From Candidatus Iainarchaeum sp. (lineage in GTDB: Archaea; Iainarchaeota; Iainarchaeia; Iainarchaeales; 0-14-0-20-30-16): DNA of 6,656 bases. The position numbers and the translations under genes were made by a program. How positions within the stretch are numbered: position 1 is the stretch's first letter; each line of letters begins with the position of its first letter. Under the pieces are notes generated by a model, which had not been told where the DNA came from, made no database searches, and saw only the letters and a list, made by a program, of their open reading frames with translations. The stretch is taken from assembly GCA_903916665.1 (NCBI GenBank), contig CAIWXP010000118.1:1-6656 (forward strand). Reading direction: 5' to 3'. Positions 1-5,523 of the stretch are shown one piece after another.

Positions 1-934
1 AGAAAAACTCAAATTTGTAATATTGCTTTACTCGAAATACAAATAAATCTGCAATTCCACCAAATCTATCCTTTACTAAATTTATTATATCCTCTAATTC
101 TGAATAATTCTGAACTTCAACATTTAATTCAAAATAAAATCTACTATAACAATAATCAACAAATATAGTATTATCTAAATTTGCGGCAAAACTAATTAAA
201 TCATTAAATTTTACATTATTTGTAAATACAAAACCAATTTTATAATACTCTATTCCTACTTTTTCATAATTTAAATTTATAGAATATCCCATAATAATTT
301 TAGTCTTTTCTAAATTTGCTATTCTATAGGTAATGGTTCTTAAAGGAGCATTTAATTTTAAAGATATTTCTCTCTTACTAGACCTTGCATCTTTACTTAA
401 TAAACTCAATATTTTATAATCTAGATCATCATATTCAACGCTTTCATTACTTCCAGTTGAGAAATAATTCCTATCTTTTTCATCAACTAAATAATTTCTG
501 TTAAAAAAATAGGTTTTCAAATAATAGGTTGGTTCAAAATCAATAATGTATTTTCCATATTTTTCTCTTAAGGTTTTTACTAGTTCATCAATTTCTTTTG
601 AACTTTTTAACCAATTAATACAAGCAACATTAATATCACCAGAACAAATGCCCACAACATCAGTATATTTATTATTAATTAGCCAATCTCTAATTTCAAT
701 TTCTTCTCTTGTAGTTGTATTTTGAAAATTAAAATAAAATCTATAGGCTTGATAACCTAATTTTGAAAAATCAACAATAGCATGCGTTCCCAAAATAATT
801 TTTTCTTTATATAAATTATTTAATCTATAGATAGTAGATGATTCACTTAATTTAATTTTCTTTGATAATTGCTTTATTCCTAATTTTGCATTTCTAGTTA
901 ATTCAAATACTATCTGTTTGTCCTTTTTGTCCAT
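1..934 (-). CDS. Tandem-duplicated Lrp/AsnC-family (feast/famine) transcription regulator; the C-terminus lies beyond the left window edge
   Basis: Hand translation of the minus strand from ATG (934-932) gives 311 codons with no stop down to position 1. The ORF is absent from the supplied track because it has no in-window stop. The product starts MDKKDKQIVFELTRNAKLGIKQLSKKIKLSESSTIYRLNNLYKEKIILGTHAIVDFSKLGYQAYRFYF. A second homologous module starts near aa 169: DDLDYKILSLLSKDARSSKREISLKLNAPLRTITYRIANLEKTKIIMGYSINLNYEKVGIEYYKIGF. Both match the Lrp/AsnC pattern: D.KIL..L..[DN]AR.s..eLa..l.lS..tv..Ri..Le..gvI.gy.a.vd..klG, followed by a beta-alpha-beta RAM-like half. No SD precedes the ATG, so the transcript may be leaderless. 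Confidence 0.75.
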   Translation of the reverse strand, partial: MDKKDKQIVFELTRNAKLGIKQLSKKIKLSESSTIYRLNNLYKEKIILGTHAIVDFSKLGYQAYRFYFNFQNTTTREEIEIRDWLINNKYTDVVGICSGDINVACINWLKSSKEIDELVKTLREKYGKYIIDFEPTYYLKTYFFNRNYLVDEKDRNYFSTGSNESVEYDDLDYKILSLLSKDARSSKREISLKLNAPLRTITYRIANLEKTKIIMGYSINLNYEKVGIEYYKIGFVFTNNVKFNDLISFAANLDNTIFVDYCYSRFYFELNVEVQNYSELEDIINLVKDRFGGIADLFVFRVKQYYKFEFF

Positions 935-1059
935 AATTAGAATAATAATACAAATTATTTAAGAATCTTTGCCAAAAATTCTAATTTTGATAAATAATTA
1001 ATAAATATCACTCACCAACCAAATATCTCTTTGATTCAAATAATCAAAGAGGTGAATAA
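935..1059. promoter_or_regulatory. Divergent intergenic region expected to hold promoters for the Lrp-like gene (minus) and the solute-binding protein gene (plus)
   Basis: This 125-bp non-coding spacer lies between two divergently oriented starts. On the minus strand, TTAAATAA (plus coordinates 955-962) is centred about 24-25 nt upstream of the ATG at 934, which fits an archaeal TATA box driving a leaderless mRNA. An A/T block near 995-1010 (AATTAATAAATAT) is a candidate TATA for the plus-strand gene. The whole region is so AT-rich that the individual box calls are weak. Confidence 0.35.
1027..1051. promoter_or_regulatory. Perfect 10-bp inverted repeat with a 5-nt spacer (CTCTTTGATT caaat AATCAAAGAG): candidate operator or 5'-UTR hairpin overlapping the Shine-Dalgarno site
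   Basis: Read directly: 1027-1036 CTCTTTGATT is the exact reverse complement of 1042-1051 AATCAAAGAG. The right arm overlaps the SD AGAGGTGA (1048-1055), which sits 4 nt before the ATG at 1060. The core TTGATT-N5-AATCAA resembles the A/T-centred palindromes bound by archaeal Lrp-family proteins. Confidence 0.5.
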
Positions 1060-2169
1060 ATGGAAAAGAAAACAATCTTCGGATTGATATTAGGAATAGT
1101 TATAATTGCAATTATAGCAATAATTGGGGTAAATACAAGTGGATTATTTACATTAACAAATAATAATGAAATTAAAATAGGTTTTGCAAGTCCATTAACA
1201 GGAGACGCGAGTTCATGGGGTCTACAAGAAAAGGCCGGTTTTGAATATGCCATTACTCAAATTAATTCAAATAATGGAATTAATGGTAAAAAAATTAATG
1301 TAATTTATGAAGATGATAAATGCGATGCGCAAACCGCAGTAAATGTTTATTCTAAATTTATAAATTTAGATAATATAAAAATAGTTACTGGACCAGTATG
1401 TTCAAGTGTGGCAAAATCTGTTATACCAATAACTGAAAAAAATAATGTGTTTTATTTAGCATCTGGCGCAAGTGAAGATTCAATACCTAGACAAGGAAAA
1501 TTAATTGCTAGACTTTGGATTTCTGATGCCTACGAATCAAAAGCAATTGCAGAATATATTGCAAGGAATTCAAATTGGAAAACCTCTGCAACAATTTATT
1601 ACGCAGATAATCCAGCAGGATTAAGTTCAAAAGACAAATTTGAAAATACAATAAAAGAAAATAATAAAGAAATATTATTAACAGAGGGAATATTAAGAAG
1701 CAATAAAGATTATTCAACATTAATATCAAAAATCTTAGATAAAAACCCAGATACAATTTACATTATTGTTTATCCTGAACAAATTACAGATATAATTAAT
1801 GGATTAAAAGCCTCAGGATATAATGGAACAATATTTGCCTATTCCCCATCATTGTTATCTGAAGGCATAATAGATAAAATAAAAATTAAAAAAGATATTT
1901 ACTATGCACAACCAGTAAAAACACATCAAACCAATTTTTGGGTTAATTATCAACAAGATACAAATAAAATTCCTGATGATGTAACTGCTTTAGGCTATGA
2001 TTCTGCAATGTTTTTAAAATTTTTGTTAGAGCAATGTGGTGAAAATCCTGTTTGCATAAAAGAACAGGTTATAAAAACAGTAAATTGGCAAAGTACAAGA
2101 GGAAACTTTTCCTTTGATCAATATGGTGATTTAAAAGAAATACCTTTTGAAATAAAACAATTAGAATAA
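1060..2169 (+). CDS. Membrane-anchored ABC-type solute-binding protein, LivJ/LivK-like (branched-chain amino acid / type I periplasmic-binding-protein fold)
   Basis: 369-aa ORF with a strong SD (AGAGGTGA) 4 nt upstream. The N-terminus has a hydrophobic anchor (IFGLILGIVIIAIIAIIGV). The mature part matches the LIV-binding protein pattern: IKIGFASPLTGDASSWG..., INSNNGINGKKINVIYEDDKCDAQTAVNVYSKFINLDNIKIVTGPVCSS. Compare E. coli LivJ ...YDDACDPKQAVAVANKVV...GHLCSS, including the conserved disulfide Cys pair. Confidence 0.85.
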   Translation: MEKKTIFGLILGIVIIAIIAIIGVNTSGLFTLTNNNEIKIGFASPLTGDASSWGLQEKAGFEYAITQINSNNGINGKKINVIYEDDKCDAQTAVNVYSKFINLDNIKIVTGPVCSSVAKSVIPITEKNNVFYLASGASEDSIPRQGKLIARLWISDAYESKAIAEYIARNSNWKTSATIYYADNPAGLSSKDKFENTIKENNKEILLTEGILRSNKDYSTLISKILDKNPDTIYIIVYPEQITDIINGLKASGYNGTIFAYSPSLLSEGIIDKIKIKKDIYYAQPVKTHQTNFWVNYQQDTNKIPDDVTALGYDSAMFLKFLLEQCGENPVCIKEQVIKTVNWQSTRGNFSFDQYGDLKEIPFEIKQLE

Positions 2170-2206
2170 ATCTCTTTTGAGATTTATTTTTCTTTTTATT
2201 TTTTTA
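2168..2206 (+). terminator. Weak hairpin plus oligo-T tract in the convergent gap between the solute-binding protein gene and ftsY
   Basis: AAATCTC (2168-2174), loop TTTT, GAGATTT (2179-2185), followed by TTTATTTTTCTTTTTATTTTTTT on the plus strand. Oligo-T tracts are the usual archaeal termination signal. The stem is only 7 bp and AT-rich. The 37-bp gap is shared with the ftsY stop codon (2207-2209). Confidence 0.45.
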
Positions 2207-4267
2207 TTAAATAACTTGCTCTAAAAAATCTTTATCGAAGAAAGCAATATCTTTGTATTCTTGTCCAACTCCTAAAAAAAGAATTGGTTTCTTTAAACCT
2301 AAAGAAATTGATAATAAAGTTCCACCTTTCTCATCAACATCTGCTTTTGTTAAAATGAATGCATCAAAATTAATATATTTATTAAATGATTCTGCTTGCG
2401 CCAAAGCTGTTTGACCAGCAATAGCTTCTGCAACAAATACAGTAAAATCAGGATTAATAACTTTCTTAATTTTTTCTAATTCTTTCATTAAACTTTGTGA
2501 ATTATCCTGTCTTCCAGAAGAATCCACTAAAACAAAATCTAGATTTTTACTTTTAGCAAATGCTACAGCATCATAGGCCACAGATGCAGGATCTTGCCCA
2601 TATTTCCCTTTTATTATTGGCACTTGTAACTTTGTTGCATGACCCTCTAATTGATCAATGGCTGCTGCTCTATAGGTGTCTGATGCTGCCAAAACTAAAC
2701 TCTTACCATGTTGTTTTAAATAATAGGCTAATTTAGCAATATTAGTTGTTTTTCCACCACCATTGGTTCCTACAAATAAAATAGTAAATGGTTTTTTATT
2801 TTGTTTAAAAAAGCTCTCGTCTAAAGATTTGGGATAGTTTTCAAAAACAATATCTAAAAATAATTTCTTTAAGTATTCTTCTTGATGTGATTTTGATACT
2901 CCTTCTTTTTTTATTTTATCTTTTAATGATTTAGTTAATAATTCACAAACTTGTAAAGATACATCACTTTGTAACATAGACATTTCAAACTGTTCAATTA
3001 ATTCAGAGATTTCTGAGTCGCTTAATAAATACTTATCTGCAAATATAGATTTTAATTTTGTAAAAATAGATACTTTCTTTTCAATTTTGGTTTCTTGAAT
3101 TTCTTCTTTTGAAAGTTCTAATTTAATTTCTTTTTTTGGCTCTTCAACTTTAATTTGCGGTTTAACAATTTCTTTCTCTTGTATTTGTTCTAATTCTTTT
3201 TGTAATTGTGAAAATTCATTTGGTAATTCTGTTTTCTTTGGTTGTGCAAAAACGGCTTCTTTTTGAGAAAAGCTTTTTGCAACCTGTGAAGATTTTGATT
3301 CTTCTGATTCTAAATTTTCACTGGCTTTAGGTTCTTCAACTACTTTTTGTTGTTCTATTGGTTTTACTATTTCTTTTTGTATTTCTTCTTTAACTTTAAC
3401 CTTACTTTTAATAGTATAATTCCAACCTGGTTGCCATGCTTTTGGATTCTTTGCACGCCAATCATCTTCTATGGCTTGTTCCCAACTTATATTTTTTAAT
3501 AAAACATCCATTGCTAATTGAGTATATTTATGCGCAACAATTGCAACATGTTTTCCTCTATATTCAGAATATAAAAAGTTTAAAAATTCTGCAATTCTTA
3601 TTTCAACATCTTTTAATGATTCGCCATTTGGAAACGGATTTTGAATTCTATCAAATATATTTGATTCAACTAATTTGACATCTTTGCTATTTAAATCACC
3701 ATGATTACATTCTCTTAATCGTTCATCTTGATTTGCTTCAACATCTTTATCTTCAAATACAATACTTACTGTTTCTATTGCTCTTTCTAAATCAGAACAA
3801 TATACAACATCAAAATCAATATCTTTAATTAAATCTTTTAATTTATTTGATTCGTCAATACCTTTTGAAGATAATTTAATTTGTGACCAACCACTTGCTT
3901 TGTGTTGTTCATTATCTTTAGTTGTACCATGGGCAAAATAAGTAATTAAAACTTCATTTCTATTTACAATTGGTTTTTCTTTTTTAATTTCAGGTATAAC
4001 TATTTCTTTAATTGATTCTTCTTGTATTTCTTTTACTTCAATTGGTTTAGAAATAGGCTGTTCAATTTTAGGTTCAATAAAAATAGGTTCGTCTTTTTTA
4101 ATTTCTGGTTTAGGTTCTTGTGTCAAAATGGATTCTTTTTCTGGAATACTTTTGACATCCTGTGGGAATTTTGATTCTTTAGAGTCTAAATTTTCACTGG
4201 CTTTGGGTTTAGATAGACCTAACTTCTCTCCAAGAGATTGTAGGCCTTTCTTTAACATACCAAACAT
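2207..4267 (-). CDS. ftsY: Signal recognition particle receptor FtsY with an inserted histidine-phosphatase-like domain in the N-terminal (A-domain) region
   Basis: The C-terminal half is a clear SRP-GTPase NG domain. The N-domain reads SDSEISELIEQFEMSMLQSDVSLQVCELL. G1 is GTNGGGKTT (2744-2770), G2 is DTYRAAA, G3 is DSSGRQ, G4 is TKADVDEKGG and G5 is GVGQEY. The N-terminus MFGMLKKGLQSLGEKLG is the typical FtsY amphipathic start. I prefer the ATG at 4267 because GGTGG (4273-4277) lies 5 nt upstream of it. The GTG at 4276 used by the ORF track sits inside that SD. The ORF is continuous with no stops or frameshifts for more than 2 kb. Confidence 0.9.
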   Translation of the reverse strand: MFGMLKKGLQSLGEKLGLSKPKASENLDSKESKFPQDVKSIPEKESILTQEPKPEIKKDEPIFIEPKIEQPISKPIEVKEIQEESIKEIVIPEIKKEKPIVNRNEVLITYFAHGTTKDNEQHKASGWSQIKLSSKGIDESNKLKDLIKDIDFDVVYCSDLERAIETVSIVFEDKDVEANQDERLRECNHGDLNSKDVKLVESNIFDRIQNPFPNGESLKDVEIRIAEFLNFLYSEYRGKHVAIVAHKYTQLAMDVLLKNISWEQAIEDDWRAKNPKAWQPGWNYTIKSKVKVKEEIQKEIVKPIEQQKVVEEPKASENLESEESKSSQVAKSFSQKEAVFAQPKKTELPNEFSQLQKELEQIQEKEIVKPQIKVEEPKKEIKLELSKEEIQETKIEKKVSIFTKLKSIFADKYLLSDSEISELIEQFEMSMLQSDVSLQVCELLTKSLKDKIKKEGVSKSHQEEYLKKLFLDIVFENYPKSLDESFFKQNKKPFTILFVGTNGGGKTTNIAKLAYYLKQHGKSLVLAASDTYRAAAIDQLEGHATKLQVPIIKGKYGQDPASVAYDAVAFAKSKNLDFVLVDSSGRQDNSQSLMKELEKIKKVINPDFTVFVAEAIAGQTALAQAESFNKYINFDAFILTKADVDEKGGTLLSISLGLKKPILFLGVGQEYKDIAFFDKDFLEQVI
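2210..3076 (-). other. ftsY: FtsY core: second amphipathic membrane-targeting motif plus the NG (SRP54-type GTPase) domain
   Basis: ORF-track residues about 401-689. KVSIFTKLKSIFADK precedes the N-domain helices, and the G1-G5 motifs are as listed for the CDS. This part alone corresponds to a complete short archaeal FtsY. Confidence 0.85.
3257..3334 (-). repeat. Linker repeat copy B (EPKASENLESEESKSSQVAKSFSQKE), C-terminal to the phosphatase domain
   Basis: Direct-repeat partner of 4133-4210, in the same reading frame and 876 nt away. See copy A for the alignment. Confidence 0.8.
3407..3955 (-). other. Histidine phosphatase superfamily (branch 1, phosphoglycerate-mutase-like) domain embedded in FtsY
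   Basis: ORF-track residues about 108-290. EVLITYFAHGTTKDNEQHKASGWSQIKLSSKG matches hhLvRHGeT.wN....qGw.D.pLt..G. FDVVYCSDLERAIETVSIVF matches the S.L.RA.qTA motif. DERLRECNHGDL matches d.rL.E..fG.weG. HVAIVAHKYTQLAM matches vlvVsHgg.ir.l. The order and spacing of all four motifs fit the family, but the first motif reads AHG rather than RHG. Confidence 0.7.
4133..4210 (-). repeat. Linker repeat copy A (KPKASENLDSKESKFPQDVKSIPEKE), N-terminal to the phosphatase domain
   Basis: By hand alignment, the 26 codons are about 79% identical in nucleotides (62/78) and 16/26 identical in amino acids to 3257-3334. A 20-nt exact match, tctaaattttcactggcttt, occurs at 4185-4204 and 3309-3328. Confidence 0.8.
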
Positions 4268-4289
4268 GTAAGCCACCTATTGAAAAGAA

Positions 4290-4838
4290 TTATGCCTTCT
4301 TTTCAGCATTTTGTGTTTGTTGTAATTGAGATAAATATTTATACAAGCTATTTATATTGCTTTGAGTTTGTACTAATAATTCATTTACTTTTTTTGCATT
4401 TGCTATTCCTCTTTGTTTTCTCTTTTCTAAAATCGCAATCATATCTTTAGAGGTCTTTGTTAGCATTGCTTTTGATCCGGTATTAACAATAAATTTAGTA
4501 TTATCATCTAATTTTGCTTTTGAAAATATTCCATTTCCAAAATTAATTAAAACTTCTTTATCTTTAGCATATTCTAATTCTGTTAATGCGAAAATTGTTT
4601 TATCTAATTCAAATAAAACTTCTTCTGTTTGTTGCAAATCTGCATTTAATTGTTCCAATCTCTTTTGTTCTTCCTGAAAAAATTTATAGGCTTCTTGAGG
4701 TTTCAATTGAATTGCATCATTATTCGGTTTTCTTTCTTGTTTTTGTTCTGCATTTTCTGCAATTTTTGCTTTTATTTCTTCTTTAACTTTAAGATCTAAT
4801 TTTTTCTTATCATTATCTTTAATATTCTTTTGTGCCAT
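4290..4838 (-). CDS. pfdA: Prefoldin alpha subunit with a Lys/Glu-rich N-terminal extension
   Basis: The layout is coiled-coil / two beta-hairpins / coiled-coil: QEEQKRLEQLNADLQQTEEVLFELDKTIFALTEL ... EVLINFGNGIFSKAKLDDNTKFIVNTGSKAMLTKTSKDMIAIL ... VNELLVQTQSNINSLYKYLSQLQQ. Two hairpins indicate the alpha class. The position between aIF6 and ftsY is the conserved archaeal context. I chose the ATG at 4838, which is preceded by GGCGTGGT. The ORF-track start at 4853 is a TTG lying 2 nt after the aIF6 stop codon. Confidence 0.8.
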   Translation of the reverse strand: MAQKNIKDNDKKKLDLKVKEEIKAKIAENAEQKQERKPNNDAIQLKPQEAYKFFQEEQKRLEQLNADLQQTEEVLFELDKTIFALTELEYAKDKEVLINFGNGIFSKAKLDDNTKFIVNTGSKAMLTKTSKDMIAILEKRKQRGIANAKKVNELLVQTQSNINSLYKYLSQLQQTQNAEKKA

Positions 4839-4855
4839 AAATACCACGCCCAATA

Positions 4856-5515
4856 CTAATCATACAATATATCATTAATTCTAATTAATTCATAACCGGT
4901 TGTTTTACTTCCAACAATTATTCCTTTATCATTTGCTAACATTCCATTGGCAACAAAACTATCACCATAATTTATTGTTGCAATATTACCTTTTACTTTT
5001 AGAATTGTTTCAATTTTTTTAATATCTGTTGGCCCTGCATTTGGAAGAACTGCAAAACCATTTTTATTTGCAACCAAATAACTACCTATTGCTGGTAATT
5101 GTGGAATTTGATATTGAATAACATCTGTGTCTAAAAATTCACCAATTCGTTTAACTGTTTTTGTATCAAACTCTTTACTTACAATTACTGTTTTTTGATC
5201 AGTAAAAATTAAATTACCAATTGCAAAATAAGCATCCAAAAGTAAAACTTCAAAACCTTTCTTTTTAAAAAAATCAACATCTTCTTTATCACTGGTTTTT
5301 GATAATATTATTTTTTTATGAAATACTTTTGCCATTACCCCATTCATCTGAGAACCAGCTATGTTATAACGAATACATTTTACTTTTAAAATATTTTCAA
5401 TTACTTTTTCTTCTTTATCAGTAAGGATATCTGGAACTATTGCAAAATCCTTTCCCAATGCAACAAATATACCAATATGTGGCATATTGTCAATGTCTAA
5501 TTTTGCAATTTCCAT
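4856..5515 (-). CDS. eif6: Translation initiation factor 6 (aIF6/eIF6)
   Basis: The 219-aa product has the pentein-repeat pattern typical of aIF6: PHIGIFVALGKDFAIVP, NIAGSQMNGVMAKV, FAIGNLIFTDQKTVIVS, PAIGSYLVANKNGFAVLP, SFVANGMLANDKGIIVGSKTTGYEL. Length and gene context match. A GGT SD-like motif lies 6 nt before the ATG. Confidence 0.9.
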   Translation of the reverse strand: MEIAKLDIDNMPHIGIFVALGKDFAIVPDILTDKEEKVIENILKVKCIRYNIAGSQMNGVMAKVFHKKIILSKTSDKEDVDFFKKKGFEVLLLDAYFAIGNLIFTDQKTVIVSKEFDTKTVKRIGEFLDTDVIQYQIPQLPAIGSYLVANKNGFAVLPNAGPTDIKKIETILKVKGNIATINYGDSFVANGMLANDKGIIVGSKTTGYELIRINDILYD

Positions 5516-5523
5516 ATTAAAAC

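Noticed and set aside
1-934. Alternative call of the tandem Lrp-like ORF as siroheme decarboxylase (AhbA/AhbB, NirDL-type fusion)
   Set aside because: That family shares the fold and also occurs as fusions. However, the HTH segments here look like ordinary DNA-binding Lrp/AsnC helices, there are no neighbouring heme-pathway genes, and the gene is paired with an amino-acid-binding protein gene and a palindrome. I keep it as an alternative to test rather than the primary call.
987-1001. Second, imperfect palindrome TTGATAAATAATTAA as an additional operator
   Set aside because: Only one half-site matches the strong palindrome and the spacing differs. A match like this is expected by chance in a spacer this AT-rich.
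1044-1253. 69-aa minus-strand ORF overlapping the start of the solute-binding protein gene
   Set aside because: It is antisense to a well-supported CDS and runs through that gene's SD and start. The translation is hydrophobic and low-complexity, simply mirroring the TM anchor on the other strand. It has no SD and no recognisable family.
1508-1756. 82-aa minus-strand ORF inside the solute-binding protein gene
   Set aside because: It is an antisense shadow ORF typical of AT-rich DNA. The translation is rich in L, I, F and Y with no motifs, and lies wholly inside a confidently assigned CDS.
3436-3678. 80-aa plus-strand ORF inside ftsY (phosphatase-domain region)
   Set aside because: It is antisense to the continuous ftsY reading frame. 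It has no SD, the sequence is low-complexity and hydrophobic, and the opposite strand carries the family motifs.
2207-4267. Possibility that the FtsY-phosphatase protein is two genes merged by a frameshift or assembly error
   Set aside because: The frame is open throughout. FtsY-specific sequence (N-terminal amphipathic helix) lies upstream of the phosphatase domain and the NG domain lies downstream, which does not fit simple read-through of neighbouring genes. There is no internal SD+ATG arrangement at the domain boundaries. An assembly chimera mediated by the flanking repeats still needs read-level checking, as noted in the findings.
4268-4276. GTG start at 4276 for ftsY (MAYMFGML..., as in the ORF track)
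   Set aside because: That GTG is part of the GGTGG Shine-Dalgarno motif (4273-4277). The ATG at 4267 lies 5 nt downstream of the SD and yields the canonical FtsY N-terminus MFGMLKKGL.
4586-4786. 66-aa plus-strand ORF inside pfdA
   Set aside because: It is an antisense shadow of the prefoldin coiled-coil region, with no independent support.
4839-4853. TTG (4853) or GTG (4847) start for pfdA
   Set aside because: These would place the start 2-8 nt after the aIF6 stop with no upstream SD. The ATG at 4838 is preceded by a GGCGTGGT SD-like motif. I cannot fully exclude the alternatives without experimental data.
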